Positions 1 to 14,764 of a DNA stretch of 64,000 nucleotides are shown piece after piece. A program made the position numbers and the translations under genes. Source of the stretch: Paragordius varius (Eukaryota > Animalia > Nematomorpha); the NCBI GenBank assembly GCA_964247055.1, contig OZ176051.1, positions 4,278,001-4,342,000 on the forward strand. Reading direction: 5' to 3'. The notes under the pieces were generated by a model, which worked only from the letters and a program-made list of their open reading frames with translations, did not search any database and was not told the DNA's origin. Numbering within the stretch: position 1 is the stretch's first letter; every line of letters begins with the position of its first letter.

Positions 1-3000
1 TGATTGTGAAAAAGACTGCTGGGATTCATTGGTAAATTTTATTAGTGGTAGAATTTTTGTTTTAGCAATTGGAATAGAAATATTAATAACCTTTTGTATT
101 GGAACCCAAACCATATTTTTTCCTAAACCGTTTTGACACTCCACAAAATTCCAAAAAAATCAATCGTTTATGTCCGAAAAACGGTTAAACTGATTTACAA
201 ATTTTATGATGTTTTTAATTTTTAATACTGTTCACCTTATTTATCAATCTTCTATAATTTTTATTTACAAAAATATATTGAATCCTACAGTAAAGCATAA
301 TTTGGGTTTGCACGCATGTGTTTTTGCGTCTGCTCTTAAACATTCCCAAATTAGGAAATCCGTAAATTGAAAAAAAAGAAAAACGGAATGAGGGCCATTT
401 AATTAAAAAACTATGGAACCAGAATCAATGTTTCGTTCGCAAAATACACTAAAAAACCGAATTCAAAACTTTTTTGGTTAAAAAAATTTGGAAGGATTTG
501 TGAACCGTATTTTTTTTTAAAGGAGCCCGAACTAGATACAATAAAATAATAAAGGAATTAAGAAGGTTCTATTTCCGATTTAGGGTTTTTTCATTTATAT
601 AATTTTGTTGATATAATAATTGACTACCTCCAGAACTATATCAAACTTACATGCTTTTTTAATTATAAGAATAGGTATTTTAGACGTATATTTTAGAATG
701 GTTATTGCATTTTTACTTTGAATATTTGCATGAGGTCCGCATAACTCGCTGTGATCCATATTTTTGATTAAATTATTAAAATGCAACTTATGTTATTTTC
801 AGGAGTAAGTTTTGTACGAAAGCCTATTATACCCCGGTGTGGTTAATTTTAATTGACAATTTTAGGTTAATTTTTATTTTTAACCTAGATTAGACGAAAA
901 TAAAAAGGCTTTTTGATTGCCACCTTAGTTTTACGCTTATTTTCGCAAACAATAATCATAATTTTAAACAAAAATATTTGATTAATTTATTAATCAATGT
1001 TAACAGGTGTGTTCTGCTTTTCGCTATTGGTCGGAACAGGAAATATGTGGCTTATTTTCTATTTCGTCCACAAATAAACCCGAATCTCTAAATATGACCC
1101 TGTATATAAAGAATCTAAAAAATGAGCCAAGATTAATAACGAAACGTGACATTGAAGATAACCCATCCCAACGTTTAATTTTGATCAAGGATTTATCAAG
1201 CGCTCATTTTTGCTCATTTGGTCATTCCTCGGAAAATGCTGAAAAAATGTTATCCCAATCTTTAGGCTGTACGGGGAATCGCATTCTAACTTTTATTGAT
1301 GCATCATTTGAAGCCATATATTATAATACGGCAAAGGAAAGTGAATCTCTTAATAAAACATTGGATGATTACTTACAACAAATGATAAATACTTCATGGA
1401 CTTTTACACAAACTTTTTCATCGGATCCTAAAGTCCTAGCAAGACATCGCTCTAATGTCTGTCAAAAAATCTTTGAAACTGTTTCGCAATTTGTTAATTT
1501 TAATGATGGAACTGACATAAACAAAAATATTAGGACTGGGCTAATGACATTACCCATATCCCTAACAACAAATCACAACAAAAACAATGTTTCAATTACT
1601 AGTTGCGAGCATGAACTCCAAAAACTATATGATACAATAGAGAATTGTGAAGGCCACCAAAATTGTCACTTGACACTTCCAGAAAAATGTTTAATTGACT
1701 ATTTTTCTACCCATTTTGACGGAAACACTAAAAATGTTTTGCAATTAGTGGGAAGGCGTTTTAAAGTTGTTATGGATTGTGTGCCCAATCCTTGCGATTA
1801 TGCCGGAGATGATTATTGCAACAATGGTGGCAAATGTCATCCTGGTAAGTATTAATAGTGATATTTTACACCCGAAATACATGATTATAACTTAAAAATA
1901 TATTTTTTGCATAGTAAATCACATGCTGACCTGCAAGTGTCCACCGGGTTTTATAGGGCCTAAATGTGATTATTATGTTTCTCCTTGCCTCATATCGCCT
2001 TGTTTGAACGGAGGTGAATGCAAAGAACAAATAAATTTTGATATGTCAACAACAGAACTCAGTACTTTCGCTGCCGTTTCTCCAATGAAATTTGTTTGTA
2101 TATGTCCAGAAGGTAAGTGACTTCTCAAATTTTTTGGTAGTCCACTAAATAATTTATATGTAAAATTGATAAATGATCTTTAATGCAATTTAGGTTTTAG
2201 CGGAAAATTTTGCCAAATCGGCGTTGACTATTGCAAACTTTCAAGAGCGGGAAATAATGCTAGTTCTTTAGACGAACATTATCCTTGTAGAAATAGTGGA
2301 ATGTGCATGAACACTAATTCAGGATATACATGTTTGTGTCGAATAGGATTTTCTGGCTTACATTGTGAAAATTTTGCTGAGGGATGTAATAATAATCCTT
2401 GTCGCAATGGTGCGACTTGTCACTCCATGCCACTTGGACGTTTTTGGGTATATTACGATTACATATGCTAATTAATAATTTTTTTTATATTCAGATATTT
2501 ATATACCATATACGCTTTAAATTCACCCTAAAATAATTTATGCGTAACAAAAATTACATATATTGATATTCTTAAAAAAATGAAACTTTTAACAATATAA
2601 ATTATGCGATGAAGATATATTTTATATCAATAATGAGTTAAAATAACCCAAAAATGCATACTTTTTTTAGATTCGAAATTAAGGGTGAATACGAAGTGTT
2701 TTAGGGTGAATTTGAGGTGTAAATGGTATACATTAATATAAATATCTGTTGTCTTTATCCTGATATTTGCACGATAGTGCGAATGTCCACCGGGATGGGA
2801 GGGCTCTAATTGCAATAAGAATATCGATGATTGCGCTGAACGGCCGTGCGGACCTAATGCTAAATGCGTCGATGGTCATAGAAGATATTACTGTAAATGT
2901 CCAATAGGTTTTACCGGACTTCGGTGTACAGTTAAAATTTCTTTTTGTTCCATGCTCAAATATCAAATGTTATGCAATGCAGGGAACCCACTCAACAATG

Positions 3001-6000
3001 CAATGGGGAGTGAAATCCGTGGAACATGTTATGATACGCTTCTAGGCTACGCTTGTAAATGTAATTATGGCTACTATGGTGAGCATTTTTCTAAATTCCA
3101 TTTATAAAAGTTTTATTTTCAAGTAATATCAATGCCTAAGATATTTTACCTATGTAGGAAAAAATTGTGAAAAATCGATTGATTGGTGTAAAACCAATCC
3201 TTGTCAAAACTTAGCCTTGTGCCGTAATAATGGATCCCAATTTCATTGTCAATGTAGAACTGGGTATTCTGGTATGAACATATTATTATAAATAATTAGC
3301 AATTTATTAATTATAATAAGTTAGTTACATTTCTATTTATAAACATTATGACCAAAATATAGCGCTCAATCGTCATGATAGATTTTTATAAGCAAATATG
3401 GGTATTAGTGTAATTTGTTTGATTATAGCGTATTTTTAAATATAAATGTATAAACGTTGTCCCATACAAAGCAGATATTAACAAGAAAGAGTGAAGATAA
3501 TGACTATTTGCTTGGCTTAGTATATTGATATAAGAGGCTTATATGTCTAAACCAGGAGTGTCAACAAACGGCCCGCTGGCCTCATGCGGCTTTCTAAAAT
3601 ATTTTCGCCGTCTAGAAGAAATTTTAAAAATACCAAATAAAAATTTTATAATTTAAAAATGGTAATTAACAGAATCTAACTAAAATTGATCCTTCCTAAA
3701 CAAATCTCAATCCATAATTTGGCAATGAATTAGAAAATATTTTCAAATACCAGGTGCATTTATTACCGGTTTTCGGGGAGAAACACATGTCATTTTGAAA
3801 GGAGATTATTTTATTTAAATTACATTGTAGCTATAGCAGTTAAATTACAGGACAGCTCATATCTCAGGCAATATATGATGCTGGGCCGGAAAATTGATTG
3901 GCTTTTGCAAAAAACCATTCGTGACCATTTTCCAACGTCTTTGAAATTAATGAAGTGCTGCTATGCGAGGATGTGCCAAGTTGTATTAGTTAAATGGCGA
4001 TAGGACAGAAGAGTTCAGCGGATGTGGCAAAAATTCCCAGCGAAGCATTTTAAGGTGTCTTTTACTGGTTTTGCCGTGCTAAGCGAAGCATCATGTAACA
4101 AAATCCCTTTGCCATGTTTTCTGTCTCACTCCGATTGTTTTTCGTATAATGCATGGTTTAAATTAGGTATTTTTCAGCGATGGTGTTGTATGTCAACAAT
4201 TTCATAAGACTTGAAAAGTTTATAATACACAACACCGCTCTGGTCCCACATGACACAGAGCATGATTTTGCTGAAATTTGGCCTTTTGCTAAGCAAGATG
4301 AAAGTCATGATTCTGCTTTGAATTTGCAAAATAGAGCCATTACTCATCACCCGTCCTGATTCAATGCAAACATTCCTTTGCATCACAAAGCAGGATTTTA
4401 CTACAAGTCTGTGCGATTTTCGATTTTATATTTTAGATTGTGTAGAACCATTACAGAATTTTTTGGTTTTTCCCAATCTCTTATCTATTGACTGGTTTTT
4501 TAGAATTGGATCAGAATTCAATTGCTCTTGCGCCGTCTTCCAGTTGTGTGGTTTACCAGAGCGTATCTCCCTCCAGAGCTATAAAGTTATCTGCAATACT
4601 TCAAGAGTAGATTATTATTAGGAAATTTTATCAAACGGATATAATTTTAACTAATTGTTGATGGTTGTGAAATATAATTATGATTATATTTCCAAAAAAA
4701 TAAGCATGTTATGACATTATTACAAATCGTCTGCTATAAATTTATTTTGAAATATATATCAAATCAGGATAATATATATTGTAAATTGTTATATTGCATG
4801 TATGTTTTCGAGAATTCAAAACACGCGGTTGCTAAATAATTTAAAAAAGGAATTTCTTAGTTCATAATTGGTGGCAATGGCTGATTGTTGTTTATAAAAC
4901 GGTTTTTCTATCTGTTTTAACAATTAAAGGCAGAATGCTATTTCTTTTTTTGCCGTTTAACTTGTTTCCGAAAACCGACTTAGTTGCCATCTTTAGGGGA
5001 TTCCCGATTCGTTTTAATATGCATCATGTCCCGTTTAAATGAATACTAGTGCTATTAAAATTATATAAATATGTCACATTTATTATAATACCAATATATT
5101 AGGACTATTATGTGAACATAATGAAAAGGATTGCGAGCAACAACCGTGTTTAAATGGTGGGTGGTGTAGTCCCCAGACAGATGGGAAAAAATGCGTATGT
5201 CCCTCTGGATACACCGTATATGTTTTTTTGTACAATAAAATATATAAGGACCACAACCAATAAATTTTTAATCACATCAATCCTAATAGCGACCAATTAT
5301 TATAAAATTTAATCCTTTTAGGGTGATAGATGCGAAGCAAATTATGATCCCTGTAAGACGGCAATGTGTCATCCCAACAATACTCAATACTGCATTCCAG
5401 AAATTTTTAATAAAGACAACAATATCAATTATCGATGTATGTGTAAATATAATCACTATGGATTACATTGTGAACAGGACGAAGATTTAACCGTATTTAG
5501 TACTACAAAACGTTTGCACTTTAAACAATTCACTGATAATTCTATCTGCAGTCCGAATTTCATATGTCTTAATGGTGGAATATGCGAATCCCACAACAAA
5601 TGTAATTGTTTGCCTGGGTGGGAAGGGAGGCAATGTGAACGTATGTCAATGGCATGCACCGTTCCTAAAATATTACATAACCCCGAAGCGAATTTCGAAA
5701 ATTATACCCATAAATCTATTTTACCTCTACCGTGTCAACCAAATGATATAGCTGATATCTCAAGCCTACGAACACCAAATAAGTGCTTAAATGTTTTTCC
5801 AAACGATTATTACTGCCAATGTCAATTAGATCAAAATTTGGATAAAACCTCTTTAATTGATCAAAGTAATACAAGGCTGTCAAAAAAACGCATGTGGTCA
5901 GTGGGGAAAGATTGTGAAATTGTGTCAACTAATATTGATAATCCTTGTGCAGGTAATCCATGCAAAAATGGAGGTACATGTAATTATTTTGTTCGAAATA

Positions 6001-9000
6001 AGAAAGCTCCCGGAAGCCATATGAACAAAAGGCATTTTTCTGTCACTTGCACTTGTCCGTTGGGATCGTATGGAACGTTTTGCGAAATCAAAAAGGATCC
6101 ATGCGAAGCTAAACCTTGTCGAAACGGTGCCACATGTATATCATTATATACTGCAGTAGATAATGATCTACAACATAAAAAACTTAATAATTCCGCATTC
6201 TCGGGAAAAATTAAAAGCCCCTATATATGCGTCTGTCCAAAGGGATTGGTTGGATTTCATTGTGAACATAATCCTAATGATTGCACCTTCTCTTCCTGTC
6301 CCAAACCGAGTATGCAAATTATTATATCATGAAAATAAAATATATATACTACATTGGGAGACAACAAATTTATAGGGATTTATTGGATAGTTTAAGGTGC
6401 TTTATTGAATTTTTGCCGGTATCCTGTTAGGTAAGTCAACAGCTCCGAGAATTTAGTCTCACAAAATAATCGAATATTATATTTTTTGAGAAAATGGTTA
6501 GATAGTTTCGATTTAGAACTGTCATTATAATAAAATATAATTGGTGGATATTCAGTTAAAAATATAAGTTTAGGAAAATATGTAGCTTGGTATTTTTTTG
6601 TTATATCATCCAAAACTAGTACCCTGTTTAGTAAAACCTCTATTTTTTAAAAAGTGGCGCATAAATTATAAGGGTGGGGCCCTAACGATAGTTTTACCCT
6701 TTCTCTCCCAAAAATTAAAAAAGGACCCCTTAGCAATTATCATTTGCAATTATATGGGATTGTATAAAAGCATTCAATTTTTAATATATAAGTCATTAAT
6801 GTTCATTAATCCTATTTTATGATTACATAAATATGATTTGAACATATAATTAATTAGAATTTTACCATCAGTTATTTTTTTATATATCATGTCAGGTAAA
6901 TGTATGGATGAATTGGGTGGATATCATTGCGAATGCCCACTATCTATGGCACCTGTTCATTACAACAATCGAACTTTGTTAGATTGTGACAAAGGTTTGT
7001 CCAAGTCATTTGATTTACGGTTTTACGGCAAAGAAAAAGCAGCATATTCTACATTTTTGCATGGCCAAAACATACGCTATGATACAATAAAACCGGCCTT
7101 CTCTATTTCGCTTTGGATCAAGTTTAGTGTACCCGAGGATTCTGGCATGTTTTTTACCCTTTTATCAGCCACGGATACTATGCAAGAACAAAGCATTACA
7201 ATTGATAATGATGAGGATGCCACCAGCATAAGGATGAAAGAACAGGACATACTTATAACAATGAATCATTTTGGGATCCGGTTGGCCCTGTTTGAAGCAC
7301 AAAGCGAACAAACCTTGGGTGAAAATATAAATGGTCAAGCATCAGAACGTAGTAACAAAAATGTAGGGGGTGAAAGTGACACAAAAACACGCATTTTTAT
7401 CCCTTTCGATCCGTTTGTCATCAATGATGGAGAGTGGCATCACATTAGTTTTGTGTATCTTGATGGGAAATATGGGATTATACTTGACAGTGAACCGCTG
7501 GCTCATGGCAGCTATGATAAGAGTAATTGTCGCGGTTAAATATAATTAAATTTTCAAAATGATGTTCAAATTTAAGGTCTAGAATGTATAATCTATTCTT
7601 CACTTCATATTTAACTCATTTAGACCTAATAACATTGCCTCGGAGGATTAAAATTGTGTTGGGAAGTTTACAATCGTATTTCCATGACACACAAAACACA
7701 AAAAATGGACAAGGTTTCCGCGGTCTATTGAGGGACGTTCAGTTTTGGACCCGTGCCCTCAGATTTCCTGAAGAATTGGATGATGGCGTAAATATTTTAA
7801 ATTTATTACCGCTAATTAGACAAATTCACACACTTTTAGATATTATGATAAGTTAATGATGATATTAGATTTTTTTGTAAATGTAATTTCTAAATTTGTA
7901 TTCAAGATTGAATTTATCCATTATTCGAATAATATAAATGATTAAAATACATTAGCATAAATAAATTTGAATATCGTTAATTAAATATTATTTTAAGTTT
8001 TTAATGTTTCATATTTTTATGGTATTTAAAATACATTTTCCATCATCCATTATTAAAAAATTTAACGACATTGGAAAAAATAAATTAAAATACCATCCCA
8101 AATTTTACAAAATTATATTTTAAAATATGGCAGGGTAAATGTCATTCTTCAAGTATCTCGGATCAAAATTTACTGATAACTTGGACAGCGTTTCTGACTA
8201 CACTCAAGGGAAAAGTTTATCCACAATGGCACACAAACGCTAAAGCCTACCCATGCCACGAAAGCCCTAAAAATACTTATAAAAATAAAATGTCAAAAAT
8301 CAAGGGTCAAAACGCTATAACTGACGCCCCTGTTTTAGTTAAAGAATTGGATAACATAAGGATTGTCCTTAAGGAGCCTAAGAAAGAGGTTATAGTCACT
8401 TGGCCCGAACCCGTTTTCCTAAACAAGAAAGGACGCGTGACCAAAATTGAACAAAATTATTTTTCTGGTTAGATATTTTGTATAAATTACTCTAATACAA
8501 AAAATTAAGTCAAATATGGATCGTTTTGTTGGTTGTATTTTTTGATTTATTGGTAATATACTACTTCTTTTTACGAGATGGTTTTATAAAACAAAGTATA
8601 AATATAAAATCGTAAAGGCCAACAAAACATCCTTATATAGAATTTTATACGGATTGATATGAATATTTCGCAAATAGGTGATATATTTACGTGGGGACAT
8701 TACATTATAAAATACATGGCTTTTGATGATGATGGAAACTATGCCATTGCCAAATTTTCGCTCTATGTAATGAAAGAAGATTGCCCACCAATTCATAAAA
8801 TGGATATGTACATAAATGAAACATGCACTGTTTGGGGTCAATCTCAATTTTATGATTCCAAAAAATGTACCATTAATTGTAAAAAAACTGCCAATACACC
8901 TACCCATTTAACATTGGTAAAAACTATTTTAGAAATTAAAATTAATCCGTTATTTAATTAAAATCAATTTTTTTTAATAAATATTTAGACTGAGTCAAAT

Positions 9001-12000
9001 TCTTTTACATGTTCTGAATCCGGGGTTTGGAAACCAAGGTTTGGTCTTCCCCAATGTAAATTGCCTTATCTCTATACCTATCCACTCTGTTCTCGTCAAG
9101 TCACCCAAAAGGAAAGATACGTTATTATTAATCTTAAGTATTCAAACGGAGAAAATAGCAATGTTTGTGCTTCACGAAATAGTGCAAGCTTGGACATCAC
9201 ATTAAATAGCATGTTTAACAATCTCATCCGTGACAATCAAGATTTATGTATGCTTATAAACTGTTCAACTGCCCAATCTAATTTAACCTCTGGAAACAAT
9301 GAAAAATCTGTATCGGATTGTACAACTATGGCTAAAGAAACGTCGAACACCCCTTTCACAATATATAAATATACCCAAAAAATTAAATTAATAATACCAT
9401 CATCATCATCATCAAATACTAATTATTCACTACATACCTCATCTGCAACTTCGATTGAAGATAAGAACATAAACGAATTACATTTAAATAAGCTTTTGGA
9501 ATGGCTTCAATTACGGATTACGAATCCACATTCAGAGTTTAATGCCTTAAACGTAAGCGCGAACATTGAGCCAAATGCTATCTTAAAACTTATGCACCGT
9601 TCTTTTTCCATCCATGTGCAATATGAATGCCCCGAAGGATCAATATTTATCGATAACATTTGTTCAAAGTATTGAATATAATTACAAATTATTAAAATAA
9701 TAGATTTTTATGCGCATAACATTTTATGTATCAGAGCCTTTATATTATCAAATTTATAATTTACAATTTAACTTCACCCTTAAACAATTCAAATTCACCC
9801 TTAAACAATTCCGATTCACCCTTAAACAATTCAAATTCACCCTCGAACAATTCAAATTCACCCTCAAAAAATATAAGTTTTTTAAGATTAAAAACCTATA
9901 TTTTTTATATTTTTCAAAAAATAAAAATTATGTTTTAAATTAAAATAATACTTAAAAAATAATAAACTATACCATAAACATATATTTCATATTAATAAGT
10001 TATATTAGTTTGAAAACATATAATTTATTTTTAAGGTGAATTTGAATTGTTCAAAGGTGATTTTTAATTGTTCAAGGGTGAATTTTTGTTCGAGGGTGAA
10101 TTTGAATTGTTCAAGGGTTTTGAACTGTAAATGGTATATTAAATCAATTTTTCATTTTTATGCCTATATAGATGTGCGATGGGAAGTTTTTATGAAACTT
10201 CCACCAGGAAATGTAAACTTTGTCCATACAACACTTACCAAGATAAAGAAGGCAAAACATATTGTAATCTCTGTCCTAAAAATCTTACCAGTGGAATATC
10301 AAACATAACTCTGTGTCAGGGAGCATCTTCAATACATAGTTGCATACGTATGTTTTTGTAGATTTGATACCAAATATATAAATTTATAATCATTTTATAA
10401 AAATTATATAATCAATGTTTCGTCTGATTATTGAAAAATGATCCGTTAAATTGGATTTTCTTGATAAAATGAAGCGTTTATGTGGTGTATGTATGCCATT
10501 CATAAAAGCGTCGTGTGGTTAAAACTAAAACTATTTCAATTTGATTTTAGGATTTTCAAAATATATCATTCCGCATGTAAAATAAAAATTTTTTCTCTTT
10601 CCCATAGGTCCATGTGAAGCCGGATCTTACTTTAAATACAAGCTTTCTCCAGGGACGCCTTCCGTTCAAGGGACGTGTGTTAAATGTCCAAAAGGGTTTT
10701 ACCAACCAAACAATGGTGCTTTCGAGTGTTTGGCTTGTCCGATTGGTTACACAACTTTCGCCGAGGGTAACATTAATAAAGATCCACCTATTAACCGAAA
10801 TTCACTTCACTCAAATCAATCATCATCTCAAACAGTTATAAATGATAAAGGGCATCAGGTTCTAGCATCTGGCTGTTATAGACCATGCCATTGTTTGAAT
10901 GGTGGTAAATGTGTGTATGCAAATGGGCCAAATCAGACCGAATCAGGTATATCAATGGGTATATTAAGTCATTTTGTAAAAATTATAACAAAACTAACCG
11001 TATATCTATCTTTTATTATTAAACATACCTTTTATACTTTGTTGATAGATAAATTTAATATATTGCCATCTTGTAATTGTCCTTATCCTTATGGCGGTGC
11101 GAGATGCGAAGTTATTGTGAGTGAAACATGCTTGCCAAGTTGCAAAAACAATCAACCTTGCCGGCAAGTAGAAAAAGTCATGATTAAAAAGAGTAAGCAT
11201 TGTATTGATTCAAATCTGAGATGCTGTATAAAATTTTATATCTCAATTTGTTATAGACGCTTAAAAGGGTCATGTGAAAAGGTGTTTATTGTAAAAAAGT
11301 CAAATTTTTATTACTGTCAACCTAGGCTGGTGGTTAAAGCTTCCAGTGATCTTAATAAATAGTCCTTCATTTATAAAAAATGAAAAAAGCTACTAAAGAT
11401 TTTTATTAATAGTTAAAGACAAGGTAACAAACATAGTTTTACGCATCGTACGAAAACGTGTCAAGAAATGGAAATGTGTGTGTGGACCCCGTTTTGGTGG
11501 CAATCAATGTGAAATGATGTGTCCTGTCCCATGTAAACCTAGTACTAGATGTTTAACCGATGAGCTTGGCAATCCCACATGCATGCCAAGTTTTGGACCA
11601 AAACAACTCTCAGACAAAGTTCAACTCCTACGACCGCCTGTAACGAAATCAGACAAAAAAAGTGATTTAATACTAATCGTTAATTATTTATAAGAGTTTT
11701 TCATATAATTAAGATTGTTCTTATATAAAAACGTAAAAAATTAATATTAGTTTTAATTATTATTATTTGGATACCCATATACAATTTATAATCTATCAAA
11801 CCGTTTAACACGAAAAAGTTGAAATTTTAAGTGTTTTATCATATCAGAAAAATATATTCAATATATTAATGATATAGGTAATATCCTTCACAAAAACGAG
11901 TTTGCTACAATGAGCAACCGTAACCCAGGAATAATCTCAACGACGAGGAACCCATTGTGCGTGTTTTGGGTCAATCCAGCCAACATGACAGAAAGTCAAA

Positions 12001-13840
12001 AACGTATGTGTGGTCTTTTAACCCTTATTTCACCCATGAGAGACCGGGCATCGAGTCCTGATGGAGACCATGATGAAGAAATTGAGGAGGAAATAACTTC
12101 GGATGGATTTGGAAGGAACGGTGATACAGGCAAAGCTGAAACTAATCCAAACAGCTTAGATAATATCGGAAATTTTATCGATGAAAATCAGTATGCGGGC
12201 GAACAGGTACTCAATCCCAATGATTTGCAAAACAAGGAGGAAGAGAGCGCAGGTAAGACACATTGTGTAATATAAATGGTTTTGTGTAAATATTCCATTT
12301 AAAAATTATTCAAATTTACTTTTTAAATCAATAAAACAAATATTTATTTTACATTTTTAGCATTATCCTCTCAAGACATATCAATAATATCCGGTGCTAT
12401 AGGAGGTGTTCTGCTCTTATTGGTAATGATGGGATTAATCATGCTTAGCATCATTTATTGGTAAGCTAACTAAATACTATAATTATTTTTATTAGACAAA
12501 ATAATGTAAAATATATGATTATATAAAAAAAATGATGTAATTAACTTTTAAGGTTTTTTCATAACAAAACATGTCGTTTGGAACCTTTTCTCAAAGAATA
12601 TGTGAAAAATATGCGACATAACATGTAGATTCGGTCCTTTTTTTTATAAGTGAATGAAACTCTTGGTGTAAGATTATGTGCCTTAAATGTATCAATTCAT
12701 CAATAATCCGTTTGATTACAATAATTGTAAATGACATTGTGCTGTCTTACGGCTAATTCGGTTTATTTATCATTTATATTCTTAATTGATCATGTTATTA
12801 GTGCAAATATATTATTTTTAAATAACAAGTCTGTTATTAATATCGCTTTTAGGCGTAAAAGAGTTAATATGGGTGCAAAATATTTTGGAAAACCTCATAT
12901 GATCCCACATATAAATCTACATGGTTATAATCGCAATAGAATGCATCTTCTTGACCATCAAAACATGAATAACAATAATAATAACACATTATCTGGCGAA
13001 TCTTCTTCTGGGTATTAATTTTATCAATAATATATATTTTAACACCAAAAGTAAAATGTTTATTAACCAATTAATAAATAAAGCTTTAAATGGACTTTTA
13101 TATATATCTTTGCTTTTTAATCAAAAACAGAGGTGGCTCCTTAAGTCAATACTATAGTATTCAACACCATCAGACTCAAAGAGGTATTCAAGGGCCAGCA
13201 GGCTTCATGGGAACTACTCTTCTATCCTCTGGGCCAAATTATGAAGTGCCAATCGTACATTCCGTAACATCTTACAACGAAACAATAAAAACGGAAATTT
13301 TAGCTGATGATGAAACTACCGAAGCAATTTATGCTGGAAGGTATAAGGGAAGACCATTAAATAACACCCATATGATGCAACATAATACGAATAATCGAAT
13401 CACCAACCCAAATAACATATACGGTCAACAAGAGAATTGCGTAAATTCTTGTACATACAGTTTGGATACCCTGGAATCTAACGTAGACATTGGCTTTACT
13501 TCAACCCCTAACAAAGAGGGCAGAAATAATCAGAACCTAGATTCAATCTCAAGCACCAATGCCCCGCATGGCCAAATCAACTATAAGAATGATAAAAATG
13601 ACTCTGCTAAACAATGTCAACAACTCCCCTATTATGCCTCATCTAAATTAGTTAACGGAAAAGTAAAATTATAAATTTTTTTAATATTTCTCATATTTTT
13701 ACAAACTATAAAGTAAATGGACTTACTTAAAATATTAGCATACAAGTTATATCAATCCGTGCTTCAATCATAATCTTCAAGACACCTACGATGATGACCC
13801 TAAATATTCGATGGATGGAACTTCAACATACATTAAGTAA
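1..13840 (+). CDS. 5'-partial multi-exon gene for a large type I membrane protein: EGF array - LamG/pentraxin - HYR - sushi - GCC2/ephrin-receptor-like Cys repeats - EGF - TM - cytoplasmic tail (uninflatable/SVEP1-like)
   Basis: Phase-consistent GT-AG exons: <1-31 and 803-836 (both tentative), 1007-1844, 1915-2112, 2194-2447, 2778-3078, 3158-3271, 5103-5215, 5322-6309, 6896-7534, 7624-7787, 8134-8467, 8678-8916, 8989-9668, 10172-10347, 10608-10946, 11049-11192, 11437-11661, 11878-12252, 12361-12460, 12853-13011, 13131-13662, 13739-13840 (TAA). About 2,350 codons are visible. Motifs: many CxNGGxC...CxCxxGxxGxxC EGF repeats, LamG-type FSISLWIK...NDGEWHHISF, HYR-type SGDIFTWGHYIIKYMAFDDDGN, GCC2-type CPxGxYQ, and TM IISGAIGGVLLLLVMMGLIMLSIIYW followed by RKR. 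Domain order is compared with Drosophila uninflatable from memory. Confidence 0.85.
2502..2730. mobile_element. MITE with TATACCAT termini and subterminal TTCACCCT repeats (family F, copy 1)
   Basis: Left end tataccata...aaattcacccta; right end tagggtgaattt...aaatggtata. Same ends and internal sequence as 9754-10138 and 23922-24173. Intronic. Confidence 0.6.
3553..3600 (+). mobile_element. hAT (Charlie/SPIN-like) terminal remnant
   Basis: caggagtgtcaacaaacggcccgctggcc resembles the CAGGGGTGTCCAAC...CGGCCCGC ends also seen at about 53828 and, reversed, near 34930-34975. Confidence 0.4.
3750..4700 (-). mobile_element. Degenerate mariner (Mos1/mauritiana-like) transposon inside an intron
   Basis: Minus-strand translation with stops and frameshifts gives KIMLCVMWDQSGVVYYKL, NLNHALYEK..KHGKGILLHD and KPVKDTLK..WEFLPHP, matching mariner transposase motifs. 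TA + CCAGGTGCA...ATTACCGGTTT terminus at 3748-3771. The other end is not resolved. Confidence 0.85.
9754..10138. mobile_element. Foldback-like MITE (family F, copy 2) with inverted arrays of a 21-bp unit TTCACCCTTAAACAATTCAAA
   Basis: About four tandem 21-mers at 9774-9865 and reverse-complement copies at about 10035-10120. Right terminus aaatggtata. Confidence 0.7.
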
Positions 13841-14764
13841 CAATCTTATATAAATATATACAATATATAAATTTTAAGTCAATTAAAAAACAGTTTCTGG
13901 CTAACGATAATATGCTTTTAATATGTAAGAAATAGGCATATAAGCGAAATAAATGCAATAATATTCCACATTCATGGTACTTATTTTAGGAGTAATATAA
14001 TAAAAGGGTAAACATATGAATTAATTGGGTACATTTATAAATAAAATAAATTTAGATTTTTAAAAAATAATTGAAATAATAAATATTAATATTTAATTTA
14101 TGAAACAATTTTATACAGGACCTATATTTGATATATTTCTTTTATGTGGAATATGATAAAGGATAACAGAAAAATTTCATTCACTGTTATTAAAAAAACT
14201 ATCATTTTAACATTTTATATATTAGTTTATAAGATGTTATCAGTATAATATTTTTGGTGAAACTATTTATCCTCTCAAAATATTTAATAACTAAAACGTC
14301 ATATATAGTATTTAAATGTTAATAAAATCGATTAGACCCAATGCAAAATGCGCTTGTTGCATTTCAAATATCACCTATTCATCAGAAGAAGCCCATCAAA
14401 CGTTCGACTCCACCATGACACCCGAAAATGATATCGCAGTAACACAAAATGACAAACACACCTCACCAATTAATCAAGAATCATTTTGCATTGCACCATT
14501 ATAAAATTATGAGACTTGTTGAAATTTACATAAATTGTATATTCTGTGATATCATTCCATTTTGAAGATATTTGTCACAAATAACAAACACGGTTAGTTT
14601 ACGGCATTATATATATCTCTGGCATTTTTACATTCATTTACACATTCATATCAGCCTTGAAATGCATAACTAATTTTTATTTATTAATTTTTATTCACTC
14701 TCATAACCAGATTTTTATATATATTTGTATCAAATAAATTTATTTGCTGTTTATATGATTGCAA

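Noticed and set aside
9774-9865. Regular 21-bp repeats resembling a CRISPR array, and ORFs 9710-9943 and 9726-9938
   Set aside because: They are head-to-tail with no spacers, mirrored in inverted form 170 bp away, and intronic. This is a MITE subterminal array and the ORFs are repeat artefacts.
14316-14504. 62-aa ORF between the uif-like gene and NMD3
   Set aside because: No recognisable motif or consistent splice phase; probably UTR or intergenic.
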